From Desulfobacterales bacterium (GTDB lineage: Bacteria > Desulfobacterota > Desulfobacteria > Desulfobacterales > UBA11574), in contig JAHECI010000003.1 in NCBI GenBank assembly GCA_024641825.1, positions 1 to 41,577 of the forward strand: a DNA stretch of 41,577 nt, written 5' to 3'. Positions 1 through 8,828 of this stretch are shown here, piece by piece. Within the stretch, counting starts at the first letter, position 1. Every line of letters begins with the position of its first letter. The notes below the pieces were generated by a model. The model did no database searches, had not been told where the DNA came from, and worked only from the letters and a program-made list of their open reading frames with translations. Position numbers and translations under genes: made by a program.

Positions 1-429
1 GGCCATATTATCAAATGTACCGAGCTCTTCTTTCCCATGGAGGATATACCTTTCGAATCTGAAGATGTCAGGACCATGGGCCAGGTTCTTGGAACCGCCG
101 ACTTGGTTGCCCAGATGGCAGACAAGAATTACCAGGAAAAATTGCCGCTGCTTTTCCTGGAGTTCCAGGAGGCCGGGATGGAAGGGTTTGAATCCCCCCT
201 GGAGCTTTTCAGGAAAACAGAGGAATTCTATCGCTCGGTAGCACGTAAAAGGATGGCCGGTGTACTGGGAGGGGTTTCTTCCGCAGCGCTCTATCATTTC
301 AGGGAGAGATGGAAAATAGACGACAATCTATATGAGAAATCAATCAAGTACAACATAAGACAGATGAAGGAAACTGTCGTGGAGTCTCTTCTGCAGCTTT
401 CCATCATTTCCGGGGGAGATGGAAAATAG
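1..429 (+). CDS. HD-superfamily phosphohydrolase-like protein, C-terminal part (5' end lies outside the window)
   Basis: Frame 1 is open from nt 1 (GHIIKCTELFFPM...) to TAG at 427-429. The motif LGTADLVAQMADKNYQEKL..LEF matches the segment after the HD motif in HD-domain hydrolases as I remember it. Confidence 0.55.
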   Translation, partial: GHIIKCTELFFPMEDIPFESEDVRTMGQVLGTADLVAQMADKNYQEKLPLLFLEFQEAGMEGFESPLELFRKTEEFYRSVARKRMAGVLGGVSSAALYHFRERWKIDDNLYEKSIKYNIRQMKETVVESLLQLSIISGGDGK

Positions 430-431
430 AC
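276..431 (+). repeat. Imperfect ~46-bp direct repeat, with copies at 276-321 and 386-431 (offset 110 bp), at the 3' end of the HD-domain gene
   Basis: The core ctatcatttcagggagagatggaaaatagac (291-321) matches ccatcatttccgggggagatggaaaatagac (401-431) at 28/31 positions. Similarity continues ~15 nt upstream. The second copy supplies the stop codon. Confidence 0.8.
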
Positions 432-435
432 CCTT

Positions 436-490
436 GGATCCTTGACCCCTGGAATCCTTGGACCCTCTTCTCCAACTAACTTGGAGAAGA
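436..490. repeat. Copy A of a ~55-bp intergenic repeat containing a 9-bp-stem hairpin (467-489)
   Basis: The reverse complement of 436-490 matches 4652-4706 at roughly 85% identity by hand alignment. The hairpin is cttctccaa-ctaac-ttggagaag. Confidence 0.8.
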
Positions 491-509
491 ACCTATATTC
501 CGCATCCAA

Positions 510-1991
510 TCAATTACTGGAAAACATATGCTGTACAGGTTGGATCCCGAAAGTTGCAGGGTGATAGGTCTCGATAATTTCCCTTGCGTAGTTGCCTGTT
601 TCGGTGTCGCGTTCGTCCAGGTTAATTATTTCTCTTTTTTTATAACTGCCTTCCCCCTCTTTTTCCAGTACACAGACCAATGGCCTTTTGGAAAGATTCC
701 TGCTGGGAGAACTGACAACCAAGGCCAGTTCGTCAGTGTCAAGCCTTAACAGGGTGCCGACCGGGTATACCCCAAGAATATTGATGAAAACCTTGATGAG
801 GATGGGATCAAAGTCTTTGCCGGCATGATCAAGCATGTAGCCCAGGGCGCGGTCCGGACTCAGCAGAGATTTCCTGTAGGCCCGCGATGATGTTAACGTA
901 TCATATTTATCTGCAATGGAAATAATCTTTCCAAAAAGGGTTAACGGTTTTTTCCAGTCGGCCCGGGGATAGCCGGACAGGTCATATTTCAGATGGTGCT
1001 CAAAAAGCGGCACCAGGATTCTGGCCTTGCTTTCAGGGGAGGCCTTGAGTTTTAACAACAGTCTGGCGCTGTTCAATGAATGCTCCTCAATCAATTTTAA
1101 CTCACTGTCATCCAGCTTCTCCTTTTTGTGCAGAACTTCGTTGGGGATCTCAATTTTTCCAAGGTCATGAAACAGGGCACAAATGCCAAGACTTGCCAGG
1201 GTACGACGTGAGAGGTTGATACGCCTGCCAAGGCACATGGATAACATGGCAACATTCACCGAATGTGTGAAGATGTAGTCGTCAAATACCCGGAGTGTGC
1301 TGATGGCAGCATAAACTTCATCATCCTCGATAAGATTTGTCACCATGTCTTGGACGACCCGGACGGTTTTCCCTATACCGGCCCCACTCTTCTTGTCTTT
1401 AATCTTCTGGGCAACTTCTTCGAGAGAGGCCTTGGCGTAAGTGTAGTCTTTTCTGGCCCTTTCCCACCGTTCTGCCTTGTCCTTGTAAGAGGATTCCTGG
1501 TCAGCCTGAGGTATTTCCGATTTCTTGATCAGTTCAACCCATTCTATATTTTGTTCAGCAAGGCAGTTTGTGAGCCAGGTGAGAGGCTCCGGCTTTTGCC
1601 CGGATTGTTCCAGCAGGCGTAGGAAAGCCAGGATCTCCTCCCCAGAGACATGCTTGACAGCTTCGAGAAAACGCACTCCTTCCAGACCTCGGGTATCAAA
1701 ATAACGTATAATGTTATCAAAAAGATTCTTTGTGGTTCTGTTGTAAGGGATCTTTTCATCATCAATAAACAGCTGGTCATTGGAGATTTTGAGCGTCAAT
1801 GATTCATTCTCCACGCAGTTGTTTATGGATTCGGAGAATTTCTCAATTCCCCTTATAACCAGCCTATGGTTATCACTGTGAATTCTTGCATTCTGCCTCA
1901 GTTTGTAGAAGTTTAGCAGGAATTCTTCAAGCTGGGAATAGGATCTGTATTTTGCAGAATCAGTCATTGGCGTTTTCTCCAGAGAGAGCAC
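510..1991 (-). CDS. HD-GYP domain phosphodiesterase (c-di-GMP type) with an N-terminal sensory domain
   Basis: 493-aa ORF with motifs ALFHDLGK, EEHS and HHLKYDLSGYPR (HD...HHE..GYP). An alternative start at 1970 (MTDSAKY) is possible. It overlaps the stop of the upstream gene. Confidence 0.85.
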   Translation of the reverse strand: MLSLEKTPMTDSAKYRSYSQLEEFLLNFYKLRQNARIHSDNHRLVIRGIEKFSESINNCVENESLTLKISNDQLFIDDEKIPYNRTTKNLFDNIIRYFDTRGLEGVRFLEAVKHVSGEEILAFLRLLEQSGQKPEPLTWLTNCLAEQNIEWVELIKKSEIPQADQESSYKDKAERWERARKDYTYAKASLEEVAQKIKDKKSGAGIGKTVRVVQDMVTNLIEDDEVYAAISTLRVFDDYIFTHSVNVAMLSMCLGRRINLSRRTLASLGICALFHDLGKIEIPNEVLHKKEKLDDSELKLIEEHSLNSARLLLKLKASPESKARILVPLFEHHLKYDLSGYPRADWKKPLTLFGKIISIADKYDTLTSSRAYRKSLLSPDRALGYMLDHAGKDFDPILIKVFINILGVYPVGTLLRLDTDELALVVSSPSRNLSKRPLVCVLEKEGEGSYKKREIINLDERDTETGNYAREIIETYHPATFGIQPVQHMFSSN

Positions 1992-3731
1992 TTATGGTTT
2001 TTGTTCTATCAAAAGCTTTCCTGATCACCTTGAATCTGCTTTTTGAAGCTTTCTGGAGAACATTCTTTGCTTCCGGAGTATCGAGCAATGCCAGGGCAAT
2101 GGCTGCACCCTCACGGAAAACCAGTTTCCCTGAACCCATAAAACTGATCCATCCCCGGCTAAGGAGTATTTGGCGCAGGAACGGGACAGCCGTGTTTGAA
2201 CCGCAGTGGCCAAGAGTCTTATAACAGGCAAGGATGTGACCTGGATCCTTTTGAGCGGTATTTCCTCTCAAGTAGTTCAATAGCAATTTTTCCAAAACAC
2301 TGGATTTATGTTTTGCAACAGCTGCCAGGATACAGGCGCGTATCTCTTTGCTGGGATCATCAATGAGTGAAAACAACTTTTGTGCGTATTTGGGGTTCCT
2401 TTCAACCAGCTCATTGATCGCATTCCTGCGCACCTTGTTAGAGGGGTGTTCGCACATCTTGAAAAGAATTCCATTGACCCGGTCTCCCTGCAGGCAATTC
2501 AGTATGGCCAGAAGCTTGTCCCCCATCTCCAGGCCATGCTGTTCCGCTATTTTTTCAAGAGGCCCAATGTCACGCCGGCTCAGGTGCACTATCACTTCCG
2601 AAACCAACTGCTGTATCTCGTGCGAACTTCTCTGCATGATGACCGGAACCAGAAAAGGGATAACCTCCGGAGAAAAATAATAAAGTGCCTGTTCAAAAGC
2701 CTCTAACTTTTCAATTTCACTCGTTTGCAGCTGCAAGAGCTTTTCGCTGATGAGTTGAAAAATTTCAGGCTTGGACAGATCGTGGAAAAAACGGTCGATG
2801 AGGGGGATCTTCCAATCCTGTTCAGTTGATATTTCTGGGGAGAGGAGCTTGTGCAGCGACTGAAATAATTTGATCAGCAGATCGAACTTTTCCAGCTCAA
2901 TGGTTTCAAAAGCCACTTCCGAGATGAACCCCAGAACCGCGGTAAATTTTTCCTGTTGGGTCTGGTTTTTAAGAATGACCAGCAATAATTCAAAGAGGTC
3001 ATCTGTAATATCCCAGCTTTCTTCCTCCTTGACCATTTGCTGAAGTATTTTGTAATCGGTATTGGACAGCTCCAGTTGGGCATCACTGATCGATGGATCG
3101 GCAATACTTCCGGCATAAGTGTCCCTACCGTCCGATTCTGGCGGTTGCTGAGACGGGTCCGTTTCATTTTGATCAGCGACTTCTTCCGGCTGAGGCGCGG
3201 GGGGGGGAGTTGGGAAAAATTCATTAATAGCAAGTCCTGCCAGAAAATATCCACCGCCTTGAAATCTATATATTCAAGTTCTTCATCCATCAGAGCAGTG
3301 ACGATATCTCCCTCGGTTTCCTCTGCGAACAACCTGTATTTATAAGCTATTCTGAAAAAGGAGACGATTTCCTCGAGGGGGAGACCCTCTTGAAACTCAA
3401 TCCATTTGATACCATCACGATAGAGCAAGGTGATGATGTCTTCCGAAGGGGCCTCCTGTGAAACTTTATGGATGATTTCAGAATTGCAAAGGAGACTGTC
3501 TTTTTCAACAGTCAGCCGCAGATCTACATGGTTCGTGAAAAAATTGCTGAATGCGGCAAGAAGGTTTTCAATGGATTTTATAGTGGATACATGATCCTCA
3601 GGATACATGCCGTAATTCTTCCACGCCAGGATAAAAATGTTGATTACCTGCCTGGCATCCCGCAATTCCTTGCCCGAAAGGGATGTTGGTTCTGGAATTT
3701 CGTGCTGCTCTTTTGTGCTCATTTTTTCCAC
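1960..3731 (-). pseudogene. HEAT-repeat protein with an N-terminal domain paralogous to that of the HD-GYP protein; split into two ORFs by a frameshift in a C9 tract
   Basis: ORF 2874..3731 (clean N-terminus, junk-like tail after ...NFSQLPPP) and ORF 1960..3036 (HEAT repeats such as HPSNKVRRNAINELV and DPSKEIRACILAAV). The frame of the second ORF stays open upstream to 3273 and reads PTPPPAPQPEEVADQNETDPSQQPPESD... One extra C, or two fewer, in the run at 3199-3207 fuses them into a ~590-aa protein. Confidence 0.65.
3199..3207 (-). repeat. Homopolymer C9 on the coding strand (G9 on the + strand), located at the frameshift point
   Basis: Direct count in the sequence ...ggcgcgggggggggagttggg... 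Confidence 0.95.
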
Positions 3732-4228
3732 TAAATCAAGAGAACAATGGAACGCTTCAAGTTTACATTTCTTAAGAATAGGATGTTGCTTTTTACAAAC
3801 TTAATTTTGGCAAAAGTGTCCTTGTGGGTCAAGCAAAAAACTGTCCCCCCTGTTGGGTAGGCCCAAATGGGATTGAAGCTCCCTGGAGTCCGCCAAAGGG
3901 TTATGGCGGACAGGGAATCTTCGCCCGTAAGGAACTTTACCATTTTTGGGGTTTTTCGACCGTCTCGCTATATATCTGGAATTCTAAAATCAGTTCAATC
4001 GGTTGTGATATCGAATCTTAAAAATGAACGGTTAAGTGATGTATTACCCCTCTTTATAATTCTGTCAAATTAATTTTAGGTCGGGCCACATTAAATGATA
4101 CTATAAATCTTCGGAACTTCCAAATTAGGTGGATATATTATTGAATTTCTCGCTCTTAAATACCTTCCTCCTTTGTTTCTCTGATCCTTAAAATCATCCA
4201 TAGACCATCCTTTTTCAACCAATTCATT

Positions 4229-4423
4229 AGAAGCCATCTCAAAATAAAGATTTTGGTTCAAGATCCCCCGCTGAAATCCAGCGGGATAAAAAGGCGGAGC
4301 CGAGTTTTAACCCGCCCCGTCTGTTGACGGGATCTTCGACACGCATACTTCAAGTATGTCGCGGACTTAAAACAAGGCTCCAACGCCGAGATTGGGCTAA
4401 AAGATTATTTTGAGATAGCTTCT
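4229..4423. mobile_element. MITE-like 195-bp non-autonomous element with ~20-bp terminal inverted repeats, flanking direct repeats and an internally hairpin-rich core
   Basis: The TIRs are (t)agaagccatctcaaaataa at 4228-4247 and the reverse complement of ttattttgagatagcttct(a) at 4406-4424. The flanking 12-mers aaccaattcatt (4217-4228) and aatcaattcatc (4424-4435) share a perfect 8-mer, caattcat. Internal hairpins include cccgctg-aaatc-cagcggg, ccgtc-tgtt-gacgg and catact-tca-agtatg. Confidence 0.55.
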
Positions 4424-4651
4424 AATCAATTCATCTGTAATCGGTTCTGCACCATCGCGAGAAAAAAGATGTTTAAAATCTTTGAATAATTTTTCTCTTT
4501 TTTAACTTTCCTGGAAATCCCTTAACCCTGTCTAACAATCCTTTCGGGTATCTTACATGTAGCCCCTCTAAAATTTTAACTTATTGTTTTGACAATTAAA
4601 AACAACATGGTACACGGGTTCGAGTTCCGCCACCGTTTAAATATTAATGGT

Positions 4652-4706
4652 TCTTCTCCAATTTAGTTGGAGAAGAGGGGCCAAGGATCCAAGGAGTCAA
4701 GGATTC
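4652..4706. repeat. Copy B (inverted orientation) of the ~55-bp intergenic repeat, with a hairpin at 4653-4675
   Basis: tcttctccaatttagttggagaagaggggccaaggatccaaggagtcaaggatt matches the reverse complement of 436-490. Confidence 0.8.
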
Positions 4707-4818
4707 CCCGATGGCGGGATCTTCGTTTCACTCCGATAAGCGGTTTGTTTTCTAAAGACTTTATCAGCGCCCTTAACATTCTTTTTATTTCTGCGGTGAT
4801 TATAAATTATCCAATTAT

Positions 4819-4834
4819 AATACGGTACCGTATT
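4819..4834. promoter_or_regulatory. Perfect 16-bp palindrome AATACGGTACCGTATT plus a nearby half-site (gaatacg, 4839-4845); operator-like
   Basis: Read directly from the sequence. It lies ~230 bp upstream of the STAS gene in a non-coding region. The function is an inference. Confidence 0.3.
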
Positions 4835-5060
4835 TAAGAATACGTGGTCTTAGGTTCTATTGCCCGAATAAAGGCAGCGGCTCTCGGATGGTTTCATTTT
4901 AAGCCTTGGAGTATGAAAAATCGGGTCCTCTGGCTCCGGTTGTTTACTGTGGCATGATTTGTGCTTTGTTTCAGACCGGGGGAGTCGAAAAGTCCGGAGA
5001 CGAACCGGCGCTGTTTGCGACTGAATCAACGGCAACATGAACCAGAACCTGACTTGAAAA

Positions 5061-5318
5061 ATGAGCATGATTCACATTAAAGAAACCATTGTTAATGAAA
5101 ATTCGGTGGCGATTAGGGTGGATGGCGCATTGCACCAGGGATCCATTCCGGTATTGAAAAAGGTCTGCCAGAACTACTTCGGCGGAACTAAGAAAATTAT
5201 ACTGGATCTCAAGGGCGTCACCTATATCACGAGAGAGGGCAGGGATTTTTTGAAAAAGATTCGGCATGAGGTAACCTTTTTGAGCATTCCGCCATTTGTG
5301 GAACTCAATCAGGATTGA
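5061..5318 (+). CDS. Small STAS-domain (anti-sigma-factor-antagonist-like) protein
   Basis: 85-aa ORF. The pattern VAIRVDGALHQGSIPVLKKV...KKIILDLKGVTYITREGRDFLKKI resembles the SpoIIAA/STAS fold signature. Confidence 0.5.
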   Translation: MSMIHIKETIVNENSVAIRVDGALHQGSIPVLKKVCQNYFGGTKKIILDLKGVTYITREGRDFLKKIRHEVTFLSIPPFVELNQD

Positions 5319-5399
5319 TGCCAAACGCCGGAAAAACTTTTCAATGTATCCGTCCGCTTGCGAGATCGTCGCCGGAAGATATCGCGGCCGAGGGACAAG

Positions 5400-8300
5400 T
5401 TATTGATCCGCCAAAGAAAGGCTTCTTTTTTTGGGAATACCTTCAGGGCGCTTGATACCCAGCTTTTTCATTTTAAAGGAAAGGGTGGACGGATGGATAC
5501 TGAGAAGTTCGGCGGCCCCGCCGGGACCGCGCACTTTCCAGCCCGTCCTTTTCACCGCCCATAAGATGTGACGACGCTCATTTTCTTCTAAAGTAGGGTT
5601 GACTTCCGATTCCTGGTCTTGAGGGCGCACGCCCAATTCCGGTATCCTGAGCTGGGGGCCCGAACTTAAAATGGTGCCTCTTTCAATGACGTTTTCCAGT
5701 TCGCGGACATTGCCGGGCCAGTCATAATCCATCAGCTGGTCCATCTTATCTTTGGGGATTCCCTCTATTTTCTTGCCCATCTTTGAGGAAAAAATCCTGA
5801 GAAAATAATAGGATAAAAGCGGAATGTCCTCCTTGCGGTTCCTGAGCGGCGGTACGTATAAGGGAAACACATTGAGGCGATAGTAAAGATCGGCGCGAAA
5901 CCTTTTGGCGTTGATGCCTTTTTCGAGATTCCGGTTGGTGGCCGCGATAAGCCGGAAGTTGGAATGTAAGGTCCGGCTGCCGCCGATGCGCTCGAATTCC
6001 TTGCTTTGCAACACCCGCAGCAAACGGATCTGGACATCCATGGGAAGATCACCAATTTCATCCATAAAAAGCGTCCCGCCGTCGGCCAGTTCAAACCTTC
6101 CGATCCGTTGGTGGGTCGCCCCGGTGAAGGCACCTTTTTCGTGGCCGAAGAGTTCGCTCGGAATAAGGCTTTCCGGAAGTGCATTGCACTGGACGCTGAT
6201 AATCGGTTTCTCATGGCGAAGGCTGTGGCGATGAATGGCTCTGGCCACCAGTTCTTTGCCCACCCCGGTTTCGCCCAAAATCAGGACCGTGGTTTCCGTC
6301 GGCGCAACGTTTTTAACCTGGGCCAGCACATCCCTGATGGCCTTACTTTCCCCGACAATATCCTCGAAATTCAGGCTCTTGAGATGCTGCTCCTGATAGT
6401 AGCGTTTTTCCTCATTGATTTTATGCGTCAGTCTTTGAACTTTTTTATACGCCCTGGCATTGTCCATGGCAAAAGCGGCCAGAGCGGCAAAGTAGGCCAG
6501 AAGCTCCAGATCGGATTCCTTGAAAGCGCTGCTGAAAAGGCGGTTGTCATGGTATAAGACGCCGACAACTTTGTCCCTCAGAATCATGGGTACGCATATT
6601 CGCGAGCGGATCACCCCGTCCGAGGGGTCGTCGGGCTCCTTGGGTTGACTCACTTCCAAAATGCGGCCCTTCCCCGAAGCTGCGACGTCTTCTATCAGCT
6701 TCATGGACGAGGCAAAGCCGGGGTGATAAATTTGGGTTGAGGTGAGGTTCTTGGAGGCTCTGAGCAGAAAGTTCGGAGAGTTCAAGTTCTCCTCCAAAAA
6801 GAAGATGGCGCCTCTTTCTGCTCCCGTGATGCGGTTTACGGTGGAAATGATGTGTTGAACAAGGTCTTTGGGGTTCCTAATCGCAACGACTTCTTGACCC
6901 AGTTTAAGGATCTCTTCGAGAAGGTTTTGATCAGGGTCGTTTTTATCGATAAAGGAACCCAGGTCGTCGGGCATCAGATCCGGATTGATAACCGACATAA
7001 TTTTGAATGCATTATGAATGATTTCTTTGGCTTTCGATTCCTTGCCCATCGATAAATACTGTCTGGCAAGCTCAATCTGAGACCGCGCCAGTTGTATTTG
7101 ATTCCCGGACTTTTCGAGCAGTCTTATGGAGACATTGAGGGTTTTAATCACTTTTTCAGCCGGCTGGCCGTCCCGCTTTTCCTGAAGGGCTTTGTATCTG
7201 TTGGCAACCCCCTTCATGAAAATGTTCTCGCTTTTAACCATTTGGCGGACTTCATTATCGAGGGAAAGTCCGGAAACGCTCGGCAATTCGCCGTTTTCCA
7301 TCGCATAGCAAAGCTTCATCAGGTAAGGGTAGGGTTGTACGATCATCTCCACCTTGCTTCTGAGTTTGAGGAAATCATGCAGGCAGGCGATGGCCGCCTT
7401 GTTGTTTTTGTTTAAAAAATGCGCCCAAGCCAGGAACAGTTTGCCATGGATTACGATAAAGTCGTTGTCCGTCAAACGCGCTTCTTCTATGGCGCTTTCT
7501 ATATATTGAAACGCTTCCGGGGTGCGGCGAATATCCAACATGATTTTACCGATATTGAAACCGGCCCAGGCTGCATTGAATCGATCTCCTTTTTCCAGGC
7601 AATAATTGCGAAGGGCATCCAGCATCCCCAAACCCTGGGTGATTTGGCCGACCAGCCCGTAACAGTAACCCACCAGGGCCGTGGCCAAAACAGGATATTT
7701 GCCTCTGGGATATTGTTCGATGTCCGGCACTAAATTCTCGTAGCCTTCGACGGCTTCGAGGAAACGGCCCTGCCAGTAAAGGAAGAAGGTGCCGAAGGTT
7801 TGAGCCGATCGGAGCAGTTTGGGATCTCCCAATTTTTTGGCCAGAGACCATCCCTGCTGAAAAAACTTCAATGCATTGTGGTATCTCGAGTGAAGCCATT
7901 CCTTTTGAGCCAGGTGCATTTTCAAAATGGCGATGGAGGTTTGTTTGTTCCATTGGTTGGCCTTATCCATGGCCTCCTGCAGGATATCGATGGATAGGGT
8001 GATGTCAGGCTCAGCCGTGGATATCTTGGAGTATTTTATGGCGGCCTCGATAAAGACATGGTCAGTCTCTTCGCTGCGCTGGGAAGAAAGATCTTTGAGG
8101 ACTTTCTGGTAGCATTCAATCGCTTTTTTGTGCTGATACTTCTTAAGGTGGAGGTCCCCGGCTCTGACGATCCAGCGGCATTTTTCGACATCGTTGTCGC
8201 CGACCAGGAGATGGGGGGCCGCTGCCGCCGCTCTGCTGTCATCATCGGGCAATTCCCTAAGGAGCAACCCGGCAATTTTATGGTGCAGGGCCTCCTTTCT

Positions 8301-8576
8301 GCCCGGCTCTAATTGCTTCTGCCATTTGCCTTTGGTTTTATTATTTTTAAAGCGAAAAACTCCCGAACCGCTTTTCTTCAGAACGCCGTCCCGGCAAGCC
8401 TTCTCAAAAGAGGAAAGAATCTGGGAGACCTTTATTTCGGTCAGTTCAACGATCCAGTCGATTGAAAATTCGCCTTCGAACATGGCGGCCAAAACGAGGA
8501 GGTGATCGTATTGATTGGTGGTCAGTTTCGAAAGATGATCTTCGTCTAAATTAAACGGAATTTCCATTAAGCGCAT
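5400..8576 (-). CDS. Sigma-54-dependent transcriptional activator: large helical/TPR-like N-terminal region, GAF domain, AAA+ domain, Fis-type HTH
   Basis: 1058-aa ORF. It carries Walker A GETGVGKE, the GAFTGA loop (GHEKGAFTGA), ELFGHE, a GAF-like segment (ITGAERGAIFFLEE...VPMILRDKVVGVLYHDN) and a C-terminal HTH (AAELLSIHPSTLSFKMKKLGI). Confidence 0.9.
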   Translation of the reverse strand: MRLMEIPFNLDEDHLSKLTTNQYDHLLVLAAMFEGEFSIDWIVELTEIKVSQILSSFEKACRDGVLKKSGSGVFRFKNNKTKGKWQKQLEPGRKEALHHKIAGLLLRELPDDDSRAAAAAPHLLVGDNDVEKCRWIVRAGDLHLKKYQHKKAIECYQKVLKDLSSQRSEETDHVFIEAAIKYSKISTAEPDITLSIDILQEAMDKANQWNKQTSIAILKMHLAQKEWLHSRYHNALKFFQQGWSLAKKLGDPKLLRSAQTFGTFFLYWQGRFLEAVEGYENLVPDIEQYPRGKYPVLATALVGYCYGLVGQITQGLGMLDALRNYCLEKGDRFNAAWAGFNIGKIMLDIRRTPEAFQYIESAIEEARLTDNDFIVIHGKLFLAWAHFLNKNNKAAIACLHDFLKLRSKVEMIVQPYPYLMKLCYAMENGELPSVSGLSLDNEVRQMVKSENIFMKGVANRYKALQEKRDGQPAEKVIKTLNVSIRLLEKSGNQIQLARSQIELARQYLSMGKESKAKEIIHNAFKIMSVINPDLMPDDLGSFIDKNDPDQNLLEEILKLGQEVVAIRNPKDLVQHIISTVNRITGAERGAIFFLEENLNSPNFLLRASKNLTSTQIYHPGFASSMKLIEDVAASGKGRILEVSQPKEPDDPSDGVIRSRICVPMILRDKVVGVLYHDNRLFSSAFKESDLELLAYFAALAAFAMDNARAYKKVQRLTHKINEEKRYYQEQHLKSLNFEDIVGESKAIRDVLAQVKNVAPTETTVLILGETGVGKELVARAIHRHSLRHEKPIISVQCNALPESLIPSELFGHEKGAFTGATHQRIGRFELADGGTLFMDEIGDLPMDVQIRLLRVLQSKEFERIGGSRTLHSNFRLIAATNRNLEKGINAKRFRADLYYRLNVFPLYVPPLRNRKEDIPLLSYYFLRIFSSKMGKKIEGIPKDKMDQLMDYDWPGNVRELENVIERGTILSSGPQLRIPELGVRPQDQESEVNPTLEENERRHILWAVKRTGWKVRGPGGAAELLSIHPSTLSFKMKKLGIKRPEGIPKKRSLSLADQ

Positions 8577-8721
8577 TCCCTATTAAAGCTAAAACAATAA
8601 AAAGCACTCGCTGGATTTTGATCGTGTGGAACTTTTCGAGGGTCCGAGCGAGTGCGGCCTTTTTCTTTATTTTTGCCATCAGCCTATAACCTATCTGCCC
8701 GATGATGTCAATTTAAATGCG

Positions 8722-8752
8722 CAGCATGTTGACGCCTATGTTCAATATGCTG
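8722..8752. promoter_or_regulatory. Imperfect palindrome cagcatgttga-N9-tcaatatgctg; candidate enhancer (UAS) for the adjacent sigma-54 activator
   Basis: The arms match at 9/11 positions. The site is centred ~95 bp upstream of the -24/-12 element. The function is an inference. Confidence 0.35.
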
Positions 8753-8828
8753 TGCATAGGCATGTTTTCGGACGGACGGATCCCGATGCATGCGGCCATT
8801 TCTTTGCCCTTAATGAATGTTTTACCGG

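Noticed and set aside
2874-3036. C-terminal tail of ORF 2874..3731 overlapping the HEAT ORF
   Set aside because: Its sequence after the C9 tract (RLSRKKSLIKMKRTRLSNRQNRTVG...) looks like out-of-frame translation. I interpret it as a frameshift product and not as a real overlapping gene.
4613-4636. tRNA T-arm-like string (cggg-ttcgagt-tccg-ccaccg)
   Set aside because: Only a weak 4-bp T-stem is present. There is no matching 5' acceptor strand, D-arm or anticodon arm upstream. At most this is a tRNA 3'-end relic, and I cannot support a tRNA call.
4987-4997. gaaaagtccgg, resembling the RNase P RNA P4 'GAAAGUCCGG' motif
   Set aside because: The surrounding sequence lacks the other conserved RNase P helices, and the available non-coding space is too short.
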